Of a DNA stretch of 64,000 bases, positions 43,357-53,000 are shown piece by piece (position 1 is the stretch's first letter; each line of letters opens with the position of its first letter). The DNA is taken from assembly GCA_905235375.1 (NCBI GenBank), contig CAJOLH010000002.1:13416-77415 (forward strand), given 5' to 3'. The notes under the pieces were generated by a model, which did not search any database, was not told the DNA's origin, and was given only the letters and a program-made list of their open reading frames with translations. The position numbers and the translations under genes were made by a program. This DNA comes from an uncultured Bacteroidales bacterium. Lineage in GTDB: Bacteria > Bacteroidota > Bacteroidia > Bacteroidales > UBA3663.

Positions 43357-45945
43357 TTATTTGACAAAAACTTTACGGACTGAACCATCATCGAGAACAA
43401 TCACATTCAACCCCTTCCGCAAGTCGATAAGACGGTTGCCGTCGATGGAGTAGATCCCAGCGGGAACAGATTCAGTCTTAACCAGATCAATACCCTCCTC
43501 ATCGTTGATAACAGGCAGAGCATAGCTGATGACATTTGAATCTTCATCATCATCTTCATCAAGACGGAGGAAAGCACGGTACTGGGCAGCTTTTCGGTTG
43601 GCAGGAGTGCCATTGTAGCGATAGAATGCTGCCTCATCATTCTGAACTTGCAGAATATAGTCGAATCTTGAATCAAGCGACACATCATTGGTCAATGCCC
43701 CAACCAGCAAACCATCTTGAAATGAAACTTCAGTTCCATCAATGGCATCCGGTCCGGTGAAGGAGTAGTCCTGATTGTAATTGGCAGTCACCACGTATGG
43801 CTTATTACGCGAAATGCTTGATTCTTCTTGCAGTGTCAATACTCCGTTGGAAGTTACTTCCGAACAGCTATAGACCTTCATGCCGTCGGGTAAAGTAGCA
43901 TTGAACGGCAGAATCAGTGTGCCATAGCCTGCGGGACTCACGCCGTAATCAACAGTCAATTTGTCTCGATAGATGAAGGAGATAGACGGGTAGTTGTATG
44001 GCACTGAAAATTTATTATCTGAATAAAAATTAATAGTATATGATTTATTTTTCTCGAGTTCTTCCTTAAATTCGGATAAATCCAAATATCCCTCAAGTTC
44101 ATAGAAAGATGGAACATTATTATAAGAAATACCACGACCACGTATATTATCACCTATTGTTATTATATATAACACATACACAGTTGTCGTACTGCTGGTA
44201 TTATTCTTCACCTTAAAATGCAATTTCAAGTCATCCTCGTAGGGATTGTTGCCATTGTTGAAATATGGCTCTTCCATAAGGTAAACCGACTCGGTTGGTA
44301 GTTCGCCTGAAATGGTTATAGTGGGGTAGTTTTCTTCGAGCAACTTATCCACCTCTACCCAATCCTCGTCGGTTTGTCCTGCCAGGCGGCATACTGGCCT
44401 CAATTGATAAGTTCCCTCATCCCAATTGGAAGGATAGAATTGCAAATCTATAGCAATAGGATTCCTATCTGTTACATTGTCGATATAATTATTATTTCGT
44501 TGAAGGCTCACATTAGTTCGGCTCACCGAATAATATATTTTACTCTCATTAGCAATGTTTACTGCCTTTACACCGTAGTCGAAGACTGATGAAATACAAC
44601 TGAGGTTTTTAAGTGAAGAGAAAAGATGTCCATTCAGATAACCTGTTGAGCGGTTATAATCGTAATTATCTTCATAGATAGTATCTCCAATTTTCAAATA
44701 CATTGCACCACCAGTAGCAGGACATTCAATTTGTCCAAGGTGCGCATAAGCTGAACCTCCAGCATCGGGCATTACGCACAGCACAATCATCTGCCCCTCG
44801 GTATATGCCGAACCTGAACCTGCACCGCCAATACCACTGCCTAAGGGCTGCAATGCTCCGGTGCCTGTCAGGGGGAAACTGCCGTCGCAGTAGCCTCCCC
44901 AACCCCAGTTGAAGGTGAATAATGAGTTTTCCGCATCGTAGCCATCGCAAATAAACTGGTGGCCGCTGCCACTTGATGCCTGACCGCTATAGAGCACTGG
45001 GCGTCCCGCTTGAAGTTCTTTATACACAAGGTTTTCCCAATCATCATCAGTGTAATAAGTGCGGAATTCATTGCGCACCGATTTGTCATATCTGAAATAA
45101 GTGGCAAGTGCATAACCGATATTTTCGGAGAAAGCTCCCGAGCCACTGGTTGCCGAAGTGTTATAGTCCATATCGACCGACACACCCGCATGGTACATCA
45201 GCGTGGCTACGGCATCGGCTGCATCTCCTGTATCAGTTGAATTATAGTTATCGGTCATTGCATTCCATCCGTAGGACGTTTCTCCAAAGTTCGCCGAGAA
45301 TGTGAGGAAACTGTAGGTCTTAGGACTATAGGAGTAACTGCTGGTTCCTGTAGCTGGAAACTTGTATTTATACATTACCTGCGCCATGGCCGTGGCAACA
45401 CAACCTGTCACGAAATCGAAATTATAATCCGTAACTTGACTGTTGGCCACCTGATTGACCATGTTGTTAAAAGGTTCTCCCTGATTCCACTTCGATGGTA
45501 TCAATGAGGAAATACCAGCGCGACTGGTGGTTGCCTTAGACCTTCGGCCTCTCGTCGCATCAGCCTTCTCTGCCCGAGCAATCTGCTCTGTGTATTGGCT
45601 CAGCCACCACTTGAAGTTGTCGGGAGCCTTGTCAAAATCAAATGTGCCGTGGTCACAATAGCCCAGGATCTCGCGGGCAGCCTCGTCACCACCGATGATG
45701 ACAAAGCCCTCGTCCTCTCCTGCATTGAAGACGTAGAAACACGTCTTGCCCTCGCTGCGGGAAGTATAGGCCAACGAAACTTGTGGGGCAACGTCTGCCC
45801 CCTTGGCACGCTTGGTGCCATCGGTCTGATTCGACAGGAATTCGAGAGCGCGCCCTTGTGCCTCTTCGATGCTCACTTCCTGCGCCATAATGGCATTGAC
45901 ATTCATAGCCAAAAGCAATGCCAAGAAATTTGAAAAATACTTCAT
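43357..45945 (-). CDS. Peptidase C10 (streptopain/interpain-like cysteine protease) with a T9SS C-terminal sorting domain
   Basis: 862 aa. Signal peptide and a pro-region (SIEEAQGRALEFL). Catalytic Cys context WNQGEPFNNM...TGCVATAMAQVMYKYKFP, His context GSGHQFICDGYD, then FNWGWGG. A long beta-rich C-terminal extension ends ...PAGIYSIDGNRLIDLRKGLNVIVLDDGSVRKVFVK (T9SS CTD pattern). Confidence 0.85.
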   Translation of the reverse strand: MKYFSNFLALLLAMNVNAIMAQEVSIEEAQGRALEFLSNQTDGTKRAKGADVAPQVSLAYTSRSEGKTCFYVFNAGEDEGFVIIGGDEAAREILGYCDHGTFDFDKAPDNFKWWLSQYTEQIARAEKADATRGRRSKATTSRAGISSLIPSKWNQGEPFNNMVNQVANSQVTDYNFDFVTGCVATAMAQVMYKYKFPATGTSSYSYSPKTYSFLTFSANFGETSYGWNAMTDNYNSTDTGDAADAVATLMYHAGVSVDMDYNTSATSGSGAFSENIGYALATYFRYDKSVRNEFRTYYTDDDWENLVYKELQAGRPVLYSGQASSGSGHQFICDGYDAENSLFTFNWGWGGYCDGSFPLTGTGALQPLGSGIGGAGSGSAYTEGQMIVLCVMPDAGGSAYAHLGQIECPATGGAMYLKIGDTIYEDNYDYNRSTGYLNGHLFSSLKNLSCISSVFDYGVKAVNIANESKIYYSVSRTNVSLQRNNNYIDNVTDRNPIAIDLQFYPSNWDEGTYQLRPVCRLAGQTDEDWVEVDKLLEENYPTITISGELPTESVYLMEEPYFNNGNNPYEDDLKLHFKVKNNTSSTTTVYVLYIITIGDNIRGRGISYNNVPSFYELEGYLDLSEFKEELEKNKSYTINFYSDNKFSVPYNYPSISFIYRDKLTVDYGVSPAGYGTLILPFNATLPDGMKVYSCSEVTSNGVLTLQEESSISRNKPYVVTANYNQDYSFTGPDAIDGTEVSFQDGLLVGALTNDVSLDSRFDYILQVQNDEAAFYRYNGTPANRKAAQYRAFLRLDEDDDEDSNVISYALPVINDEEGIDLVKTESVPAGIYSIDGNRLIDLRKGLNVIVLDDGSVRKVFVK

Positions 45946-46362
45946 AAATTAATAATAAATATTGTTAGGTTTTCATATTGCAGCGCACCAGAATAGCTTT
46001 ATTTTTAAGTATCAAATATAATGATATTTCCCGAAATTCCTTTTATGATTGTATCGGAAAAAACAAAATTCCTTAATTGTATTTCTTTTATTTTTATAAT
46101 TGCAATCTTGACAGTGCATTTTTTACCAATGAATAATGCTTTGACCGAATTGACCAAGGCTTTCTAATTCCATAGATTATTCGTCTTCTTTCAAAGTCAA
46201 TTAGTAATTATCCTAGTCGGATGTTCCCTCTCGGCGATTTATAAGCTACTGGCCATCGTCCGAAGGATCAGTCATAATTGCCATCATCACTGCGCAATAA
46301 TTTAGTTTTCAATAATTATCATTATCGAATTTTGTCAAACATCGACAAACTTGAAAAAAAAG

Positions 46363-46394
46363 TTTGTGGATTTAAGCTGTTTTACATAAATTTG
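46363..46394 (+). promoter_or_regulatory. Bacteroidota-type promoter (-33 TTTG, -7 TAAATTTG)
   Basis: TTTG at 46363-46366, a 20 nt spacer, and TAAATTTG at 46387-46394. It sits 51 nt upstream of ATG 46445. Confidence 0.5.
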
Positions 46395-46444
46395 CGCTTC
46401 AAAAAGAACTGGATAAAAAATCAGGTTCTGATAATTGATACGTC

Positions 46445-48259
46445 ATGTTAAGATTCTATAGTTCGTTGATTTGTTTTTTAGCAGTCAGCATGGTGACACT
46501 GGCTGATGAGGTATTGAGGGGAACGGTGCTCAACGACTCCGACAAGGCCTTCGATGGCGATTCCCGCACATACTTCAGCTCCACCTACAATTATGGCTGG
46601 GCGGGCCTCGACCTGGGCGAACGCCATGTCATCACAAAGGTAGGGTGGATGCCACGCGACAACACCACCAGCCGTATGCTCCTCGGTGTGTTCGAGGGTG
46701 CCAACAGCCCCGACTTCCTCGATGCGCTGCCCCTCGCCATCATCCTCAGTACCGATGAGGTGGGCAAAGCCGGGGAGATGAGTTATGCCGAAGTGACCTG
46801 TTCGCAAGGGTTCCGTTATGTGCGCTATGTGGGGCCAGCCGCCAGCTATGCGCAAGTCGCCGAACTGGAGTTCTACGGTCATGAGGGTATTGGCGACCAT
46901 TCAAACATCACTCGCCTCACCAACCTCCCCACCGTCAGCATTCACACCGTCGATGGCATCATTCCCTACGACAAGGTACACGAGATAGAGGCACAGTTCA
47001 CTATCATCGGCGACAGCACTTACGCGCTGCTCTCCGAACCCGGCACCATCCGCGAACGCGGCAATGCCTCGCGCGGTTTTCCCAAAAAACCCTGGCGCAT
47101 CAAGTTCGAAAGCAAGCAGCACGTGCTCGATGCTCCCGCCCATGCCAAGAAGTGGACACTCATCAATAACTACGGCGACAAGACGCTGATGCGCAACCTC
47201 CTCGCCTTCGAGCTGAGCCATGCGATGGGTATGCCCTATACACCCTACGGACGTGCCGTCGATGTGCTGCTCAACGGCGAATACAAGGGTTGCTACCAGC
47301 TGTGCGACCAAGTGCAGGTACACGAGCAGCGCGTCAACATCGAGGAAATGACCCCACGCGACAATAGCGGCGATGCCCTTACAGGCGGATATTTTTTCGA
47401 GATTGATGCCTATGCCACCAGCGAGCCATCCTATTTCTGGTCGAACCAAAGGAATCCTGTCTCCATCAAGTCGCCCGATGAGGACAGCATCACCACGGCT
47501 CAAAAGAACTACATCAAAGGGCACTTCAACAAGATGGAGAGCGACTGGAACACGTATCTCGACCTCAACACATTCCTGCGGCACTTCCTCGTGGGTGAAC
47601 TGTCGGGCAATATCGACACCTACTGGAGCGTCTTCATGTATAAACATCGCATGAACGACACCATCTACACTGGTCCCGTCTGGGATTTCGACCTCGCGTT
47701 CAACAACGACGGACGCATCACGAATCCCATCTATATGAGCGACTACGTCTATCGTTCGGGCGGAAGCTGTGCAGGCAATATGCGCAGCTTCGTCAACAAG
47801 ATTATCATCAACACTCCAAGCACTAAGCAGCACCTGGTGGACATCTGGGACGAGGCGCGACACAATGGAATCGACGAAGACCACCTTGTTGCCTTCGTCG
47901 ATTCGATGGAGGAGGAGCTCCAGCAGTCTCAGCAACTCAACTTCCTGCGTTGGCCCATCATGAACAGGATTGTGCACCAAAACCCACGAATATGGGGCAG
48001 TTATGCTGCCGAGGTGGAGAATGTGCGCAACTTCATCGCCAAGCGTATCGAATGGATGGACAACAAACTGGGCTACACCTACGTGCCCGAAAGCATCTCA
48101 ACCATCTCCGACGGTGACACCGACGAAATCGACTTCCGCAGTCTCTACCGCGTCTATTCACTTAGCGGACAACTGATCGGCACTGACCTCGACACGCTTC
48201 CCGCTGGCGTCTATATCGTTCGCCAGGGCCATCTAGCCAAGAAGGTGCGACTCAGATAA
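46445..48259 (+). CDS. CotH-family (atypical kinase fold) protein with an N-terminal discoidin (F5/8 type C)-like domain and a T9SS CTD
   Basis: 604 aa. The CotH core contains KKWTLINNYGDKTLMRNLLAFELSHAMGMPYTPYGRAVDVLLNGEYKGCYQLCDQV and YTGPVWDFDLAFNND. The C-terminus reads YRVYSLSGQLIGTDLDTLPAGVYIVRQGHLAKKVRLR. Confidence 0.8.
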   Translation: MLRFYSSLICFLAVSMVTLADEVLRGTVLNDSDKAFDGDSRTYFSSTYNYGWAGLDLGERHVITKVGWMPRDNTTSRMLLGVFEGANSPDFLDALPLAIILSTDEVGKAGEMSYAEVTCSQGFRYVRYVGPAASYAQVAELEFYGHEGIGDHSNITRLTNLPTVSIHTVDGIIPYDKVHEIEAQFTIIGDSTYALLSEPGTIRERGNASRGFPKKPWRIKFESKQHVLDAPAHAKKWTLINNYGDKTLMRNLLAFELSHAMGMPYTPYGRAVDVLLNGEYKGCYQLCDQVQVHEQRVNIEEMTPRDNSGDALTGGYFFEIDAYATSEPSYFWSNQRNPVSIKSPDEDSITTAQKNYIKGHFNKMESDWNTYLDLNTFLRHFLVGELSGNIDTYWSVFMYKHRMNDTIYTGPVWDFDLAFNNDGRITNPIYMSDYVYRSGGSCAGNMRSFVNKIIINTPSTKQHLVDIWDEARHNGIDEDHLVAFVDSMEEELQQSQQLNFLRWPIMNRIVHQNPRIWGSYAAEVENVRNFIAKRIEWMDNKLGYTYVPESISTISDGDTDEIDFRSLYRVYSLSGQLIGTDLDTLPAGVYIVRQGHLAKKVRLR

Positions 48260-48308
48260 AAATCGGGCGGGATGAATCATTGTCATCTCCACCCTTTGTA
48301 TTTGTGAA

Positions 48309-48911
48309 TTATTCCTTCTCTACCATAAACTTCTTCCCTGCGCCCCAAGCCTGACCAATGCTGTTGCCGATAGTGCGATAGCATACGCCAGCGGCATCGA
48401 AGACTATCGGTTTGAGCTTGCCCAAATCGACACGTCCCTTGGCATCGAGGATGCTCTCATCGGCGCTCATGTTCACCACTTCGCCCACCAGAATGCCATC
48501 GGCAAAGCTCACCACCTTGCACTCAAGCGTCAGCGGATATTCGTTGATGATGGGGGCATCCACATTGGGGCTGGGAGAAACGGTGAAGCCTACCCTTGCC
48601 ACCTTGTCGGGCACATCATTGCCGCTCGCAATGCCGAAATAGTCCGACTCTGCCACGGTGCGCTCGTCGGCAAAGCTGACGGTGAATGCGCCAGTGAGCT
48701 GGAGGTTTTCGGTGGTCTTGTGTTTGCTCAGGCTCACTACAATCTGCTTGTAGTCATATTGTCCTGCCCATGCCGCCATCATCACGTCGGGATTGTGGTC
48801 CTTGTCCCATGTGGCGATCATCACACATGGTTGCGGAGTAGTCATCAAAGCCTGGCTGGTGCCAAAGTTCTTGCGGCCTTCTACGGGCTGCACGTTCCCT
48901 TTCTTTTCCAT
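48309..48911 (-). CDS. Flavin reductase-like (FMN-binding split-barrel) protein
   Basis: 200 aa. PQPCVMIATWDKDHNPDVMMAAWAGQ...IVVSLSKHKTTENL follows the Flavin_Reduct pattern. Confidence 0.75.
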   Translation of the reverse strand: MEKKGNVQPVEGRKNFGTSQALMTTPQPCVMIATWDKDHNPDVMMAAWAGQYDYKQIVVSLSKHKTTENLQLTGAFTVSFADERTVAESDYFGIASGNDVPDKVARVGFTVSPSPNVDAPIINEYPLTLECKVVSFADGILVGEVVNMSADESILDAKGRVDLGKLKPIVFDAAGVCYRTIGNSIGQAWGAGKKFMVEKE

Positions 48912-48991
48912 TTCTTAGTTAGTGTTTTGAATGTTGTATGAATTATTTTGCCAATTGCAGCCTGTCATGACAGGCAGATATTAAGACTGTG

Positions 48992-48999
48992 CAAAGATA
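48992..48999 (-). promoter_or_regulatory. -7 box TATCTTTG (minus strand) upstream of the flavin reductase gene
   Basis: The plus strand reads CAAAGATA at 48992-48999, about 81 nt upstream of ATG 48911. A 16 nt palindrome GCCTGTCATGACAGGC at 48960-48975 lies between the box and the start codon. Confidence 0.4.
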
Positions 49000-49165
49000 C
49001 AGATTATTTTTCATTTCACCATAAGAAATTATTTAATTTCACTATTTTGTCTTAAATTTTAATGATTATTTTGATAATTCATTCATCGACTTCTCAGAGA
49101 AAGGAGCTGTAACGTAAATCGAGGCGGGTACGCCCTACATTAGTATGTTTTGGATTTTCGGCGGG

Positions 49166-49660
49166 GGTATGACCAATCTTGGCCAAAAAAGGGTATGCTG
49201 AGGTTGGAGAATGACCAGTTTCGGCCAAGAAAGGGTATGCTGAGGTTGGATGGAGTACTCTGACGGCCGACAGAATGCTTTCTTGGCTTGGAGTATAACC
49301 AATCTTGGCCAGGAAAGGGTATGCCGAGGTTGAATGGAGTACTCTGACGGCCGACAGAATGCTTTCTTCAGTTGGAGTATAACCAATCTTGGTCAAGAAA
49401 GGTTATGCCGAGAATGGAGAATGACCAATTTCGGCCAAGAAAGGGTATGCCGAGGTTGGAAAGAGTACCCTGACGGCCGACAGAGTACCTGCTACGATTG
49501 GAGTATAACCATTCTTGGCCAAAATTGGTCATTCTTCGGCAGGAAATAGCACTCTGACGGCCGTCAGAGTGCTTTCAACGATTGGAGCATAACCATTCTT
49601 GGCCAAAACTGGTTATTCTTCGGTCGAAAACCATATTCTGACGACCGTCAAGATGTTTTC
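49166..49660. repeat. Mosaic of two alternating palindromic repeat units (BIME-like)
   Basis: Unit A is (T/A)ATGACCAATCTTGGCCAAGAAAGGGTATGC(C/T)GAGGTTGGA, centred on the TTGGCCAA palindrome. Unit B is GAGTACTCTGACGGCCGACAGAATGCTTTC, including a perfect 24 nt palindrome GCACTCTGACGGCCGTCAGAGTGC at 49549-49572. At least seven A-type and five B-type copies were read. Confidence 0.85.
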
Positions 49661-49902
49661 TACTTTATCTATCAAGAATTAGACTCACCGCATGATGCGC
49701 TTCTTGCCGTATCGATGACAATGGAGTGACCAGAGACATCGTTCAGGTTTTTGAGATGTGCGACCACTCAAGTTATTATCCGCTGTTGTTCTCGATTTCT
49801 CGAAATGACGCTGCAAATATATGCAAAAAAAGAATCGCTTCCAAATTATTTTGTAAAATATTGCTGCAAAGGGGATAAAAATATCGACAAGTGCCTTTAT
49901 AA

Positions 49903-49979
49903 CTCTACGGATTAAACAGAGTAATCAGATTATCTGCTCAGTCAAACAAAAATCCGTTAAATCTGATAAATCCGTAGAG
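49903..49979. repeat. Long imperfect hairpin with CTCTACGGAT / ATCCGTAGAG outer arms, just downstream of the CotH/LTD stop
   Basis: Outer arms at 49903-49912 and 49970-49979, with inner ATCAGAT/ATCTGAT pairing. The arm sequence is shared with the elements at 61.3-61.5 kb. Confidence 0.6.
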
Positions 49980-50006
49980 CCTGTCAATTATTTTTCGGAA
50001 TTATCC

Positions 50007-53000
50007 TCACGGCACCATCACCTTATATGCCGTGCTCTTGCTGCGGACGATATAGACGCCGGAGGGGAGATCCTGCGTGAGCGGACCATTGCCTTCGCGA
50101 ACGAGGCGGCCATTGAGGTCGAAGATGGAGTAACGGGAGTCCCAGATGTCGTCGGAGAGCACCTGCTGGATGGCACTCTCGGTGGGCTGCTCAACCGAGG
50201 CGGCGATGGTGGTAAGCTGATTGGTGCGCTCGATGGTGGTGCGCGTCAGCAGATAGACGTTGCGCGAAGCATCAGGATAGCGCCCCACGGTTTCGGCAGG
50301 ACGATGGGCGCAATAGGTGAGCGTGTCGCCCCATGAGCCATCGGCAGCGGTGAGTATAACCTGACTCTTGTCCTCGTTTTCGAGCTTGAAGGGAGCATGG
50401 AGGTCTCGTATGCCTACTTCCTTGTCGCACCAGATGATGCGGTAGCCGTGGGCAGGGATGATGGTCGAAACGGGAGTGTCGGCGGCGATGTCGGAGCCAA
50501 TCTGCCACTTGTCGGGCTTGCTCACCTTGTCGGAGATATACATACCCGCGAGGTCGATGTCGTGAGCGGTGGTGTTGTAAAGCTCAATCCAATCGGATTT
50601 CTTCCACAAGTCGTTGATGTAGATGCCATTGTCTGCACTGACCTCGTTGACGACCACAGGTGGGAGAGGGGTTTCGTCCGAAGCGATGGGTTCGAAGCAG
50701 GCGATGAGGTCGCTGGAACTTTCGACGAGCGTATATTCGGGATTGCTGCTCACAAGATTGCCGCCCACAATTTTCCGATTGGTCAGCGATGCGCTCCAAT
50801 AGATGTCGGAAGAAATGCCAGAATTGTTGTGAACCTCGACGGCGATGACGTTTGTACCCTGGCGGAAAAGCGAGGCATCAAGTTTGGTGGTGCCGCTGTC
50901 GGGGTTGTTGGGAGCGTAGGTGGAGGCATACGTATTGTAATTGACGTTGCCGGCAGGCATATTGTAGCGTGCTGCCTCAACGCCATTGACATAGACAATC
51001 ATTCCGTCATCGACGGTGAACGCCAGCTGGAAGGTCTCATTGCCTACAGGAGCTTCGTCAAGGTTGAACGACGTGCGGAAATAGTAGGTCGGATATTTGC
51101 TGTTCACGTTGCCGCCGTAGCCGATGGTGGTGGCGTAGTAGCGACTGCCGCCCACATAATAGCCGAGCGGAGCAGGACCCGACGACCATTGGCTGTCGTT
51201 GTAGTCGGCATCGCGCCAGTTCACGCCATCGAGCGAGCCCTTGTCGTAGTAGCGCCAGGTCTGCGAAGTGGGGAAAAGCTCGACGCTATTGTTCGACGTA
51301 ACGCGCCATCCCGTGAAGGTGTAGCCCGATGGGGCTTCGGCCTTGACGGTGAGGGGCGGATAATACTGGCCGTCGAAGGTATTGGTGGGGATGGGTATGC
51401 CGTTGAACGTGAGGCGTGCCTCGGGGATGCTGGCATGCAGCTTTGCCGTGCGTCGGGTTTGCGAAGTGAGCTTCATTCGGCTGAAGTTTCTGAGTGAACT
51501 CATCAGCTGGCTTTGGCGCGAAGTCGAAAGCGCGGACCTCATGGAATTGGAGGTGTCCCATGGCGATTCGTTGTTGTAGAGCGCCTGCGTGTGTGCCACG
51601 CCATTGGCTACTCTTTCGCAAATCTCGGCACAGCGCGAAGGTTCGAACACCGAGTAGGTGACGAGGCAGAACGTGTCGATGAACTTCTTGCGGAACGTAT
51701 CGTTGTTGAGCAGATTGAGGAAGATGGTGACCACCTCGATCTCCTTGGTGATGTACTGCACCGATTCGCCGTAAAGACGGTTGAAGGTGCAGATTCGCTT
51801 GTTGTTGAAGTCGGTGAATGGCGAACCTGACCAGTCGAAGCCATCGAGGTCGAAGAGCACGAAGCGGAAGCGGCCGTCCTCGCGTCGCGGACGCCATGCC
51901 TTGAGGTTGTTGTTCGGCCAGTCGCCGTTGCGAATATAGAATTGGAATGCCATATAGTTGCAGAACTCGTCCATGTCGAGGAGGTCGCACATGGCGTTGT
52001 AGGCATTCTGGTCGGAGGCCGACTGGGAAAGGGTGAGCAGCTGCTCAATGGCATCGTAGGTGCCACACTTCTGGCAGTAGGCCGAGTCGGGCGACATCTC
52101 AAACTGGTCAATCTCGTCCTCGTCGTACCCGTAGTTGGAATAGACGAAATGCTTATTGTTGGGCTCACGCACATTGATGGCCCCTTTCCAAACGCCATTC
52201 ACAAAGTGGGCGACGGGCTGGTAGGCCTGATAGTCGATATCGAGCCCCGAAGTGGCTGCTATCTGCTGAAGGATGACATCCTTCACGCGGCAGCCATTGT
52301 CGTTGCCGCCGTTGCGAACCTGCAGGGTCTTGTGCTTGAGGTAGGGCTTTTCGGCAAAGAAGGGGTAGAGCAGGTTCTTCTCGCTTTCGTAGCGCTTGTT
52401 GGCCTTGACCTTGAAGGAATAGGGTGTCCATGCGCGGCTCCAACCGCCGCACCGTTCGATGCCCGTCTCCTGCTCAATCAGCAGCTCGCCATCGGCCGTG
52501 AAATAATCGAACACCGCAGGACGCTCCCAGTCCATGTTCCAGTTGCACTTGGAACTCTGTCCGTTGCCCGCACGGCCATTGACACCCCTGACAAAAATGC
52601 CGAGCGAATCGCCATAGAAATTGGCCTGTGTGCCCGTGATGGAAAGGATGGGCAGATCTATATCGCGTGTATTTTTAATTAATGTTCGCGAAACGACGCG
52701 GCTGGGCAGGTAGCCGTCGCGGAAAAGGCGGAAGCGGAATGTGCGGTTGACAGTAGTGGAGAAACTTCCTGACAGCGAGGTGTAACCGTTGGTCTCGGTG
52801 GGTGCGCTGCCATCGGTGGTGTAGCGCAGGGTGCAGCCTTCGGGGATAGTGACTTTCAAGCTGATGCTTGACGAGCTGAAGACCTGCGAAGGGATGTCAA
52901 CCTCAGGATCATCGAGACGTTCGGAGGCGAACTTGCTGCCCGCATTGGTTCTGCCCGGCGTCGGATTGGCACAATAGCTCCACGTTTCGCCTCCATCTGC

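Noticed and set aside
30486-46444. Calling the AT-rich block a mobile genomic island, prophage or ICE
   Set aside because: I found no integrase, transposase, conjugation or phage structural genes, no flanking tRNA and no terminal direct repeats at the outer borders. Only compositional evidence supports foreign origin.
46901-47980. 359 aa minus-strand ORF
   Set aside because: It is antisense to the CotH gene (46445..48259), which carries the family motifs, and its product is V/D/H-rich shadow sequence.
49094-49549. ORFs of 71-100 aa across the 49 kb repeat region
   Set aside because: These are periodic translations of the mosaic palindromic repeats on both strands, with no independent coding signal.
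50397-52682. 366 aa and 246 aa plus-strand ORFs and many Arg/Pro-rich minus-strand out-of-frame ORFs
   Set aside because: All overlap the 1142 aa CotH/LTD gene. Their composition (R/P/A/G-rich) is typical of off-frame translation of GC-rich coding DNA.
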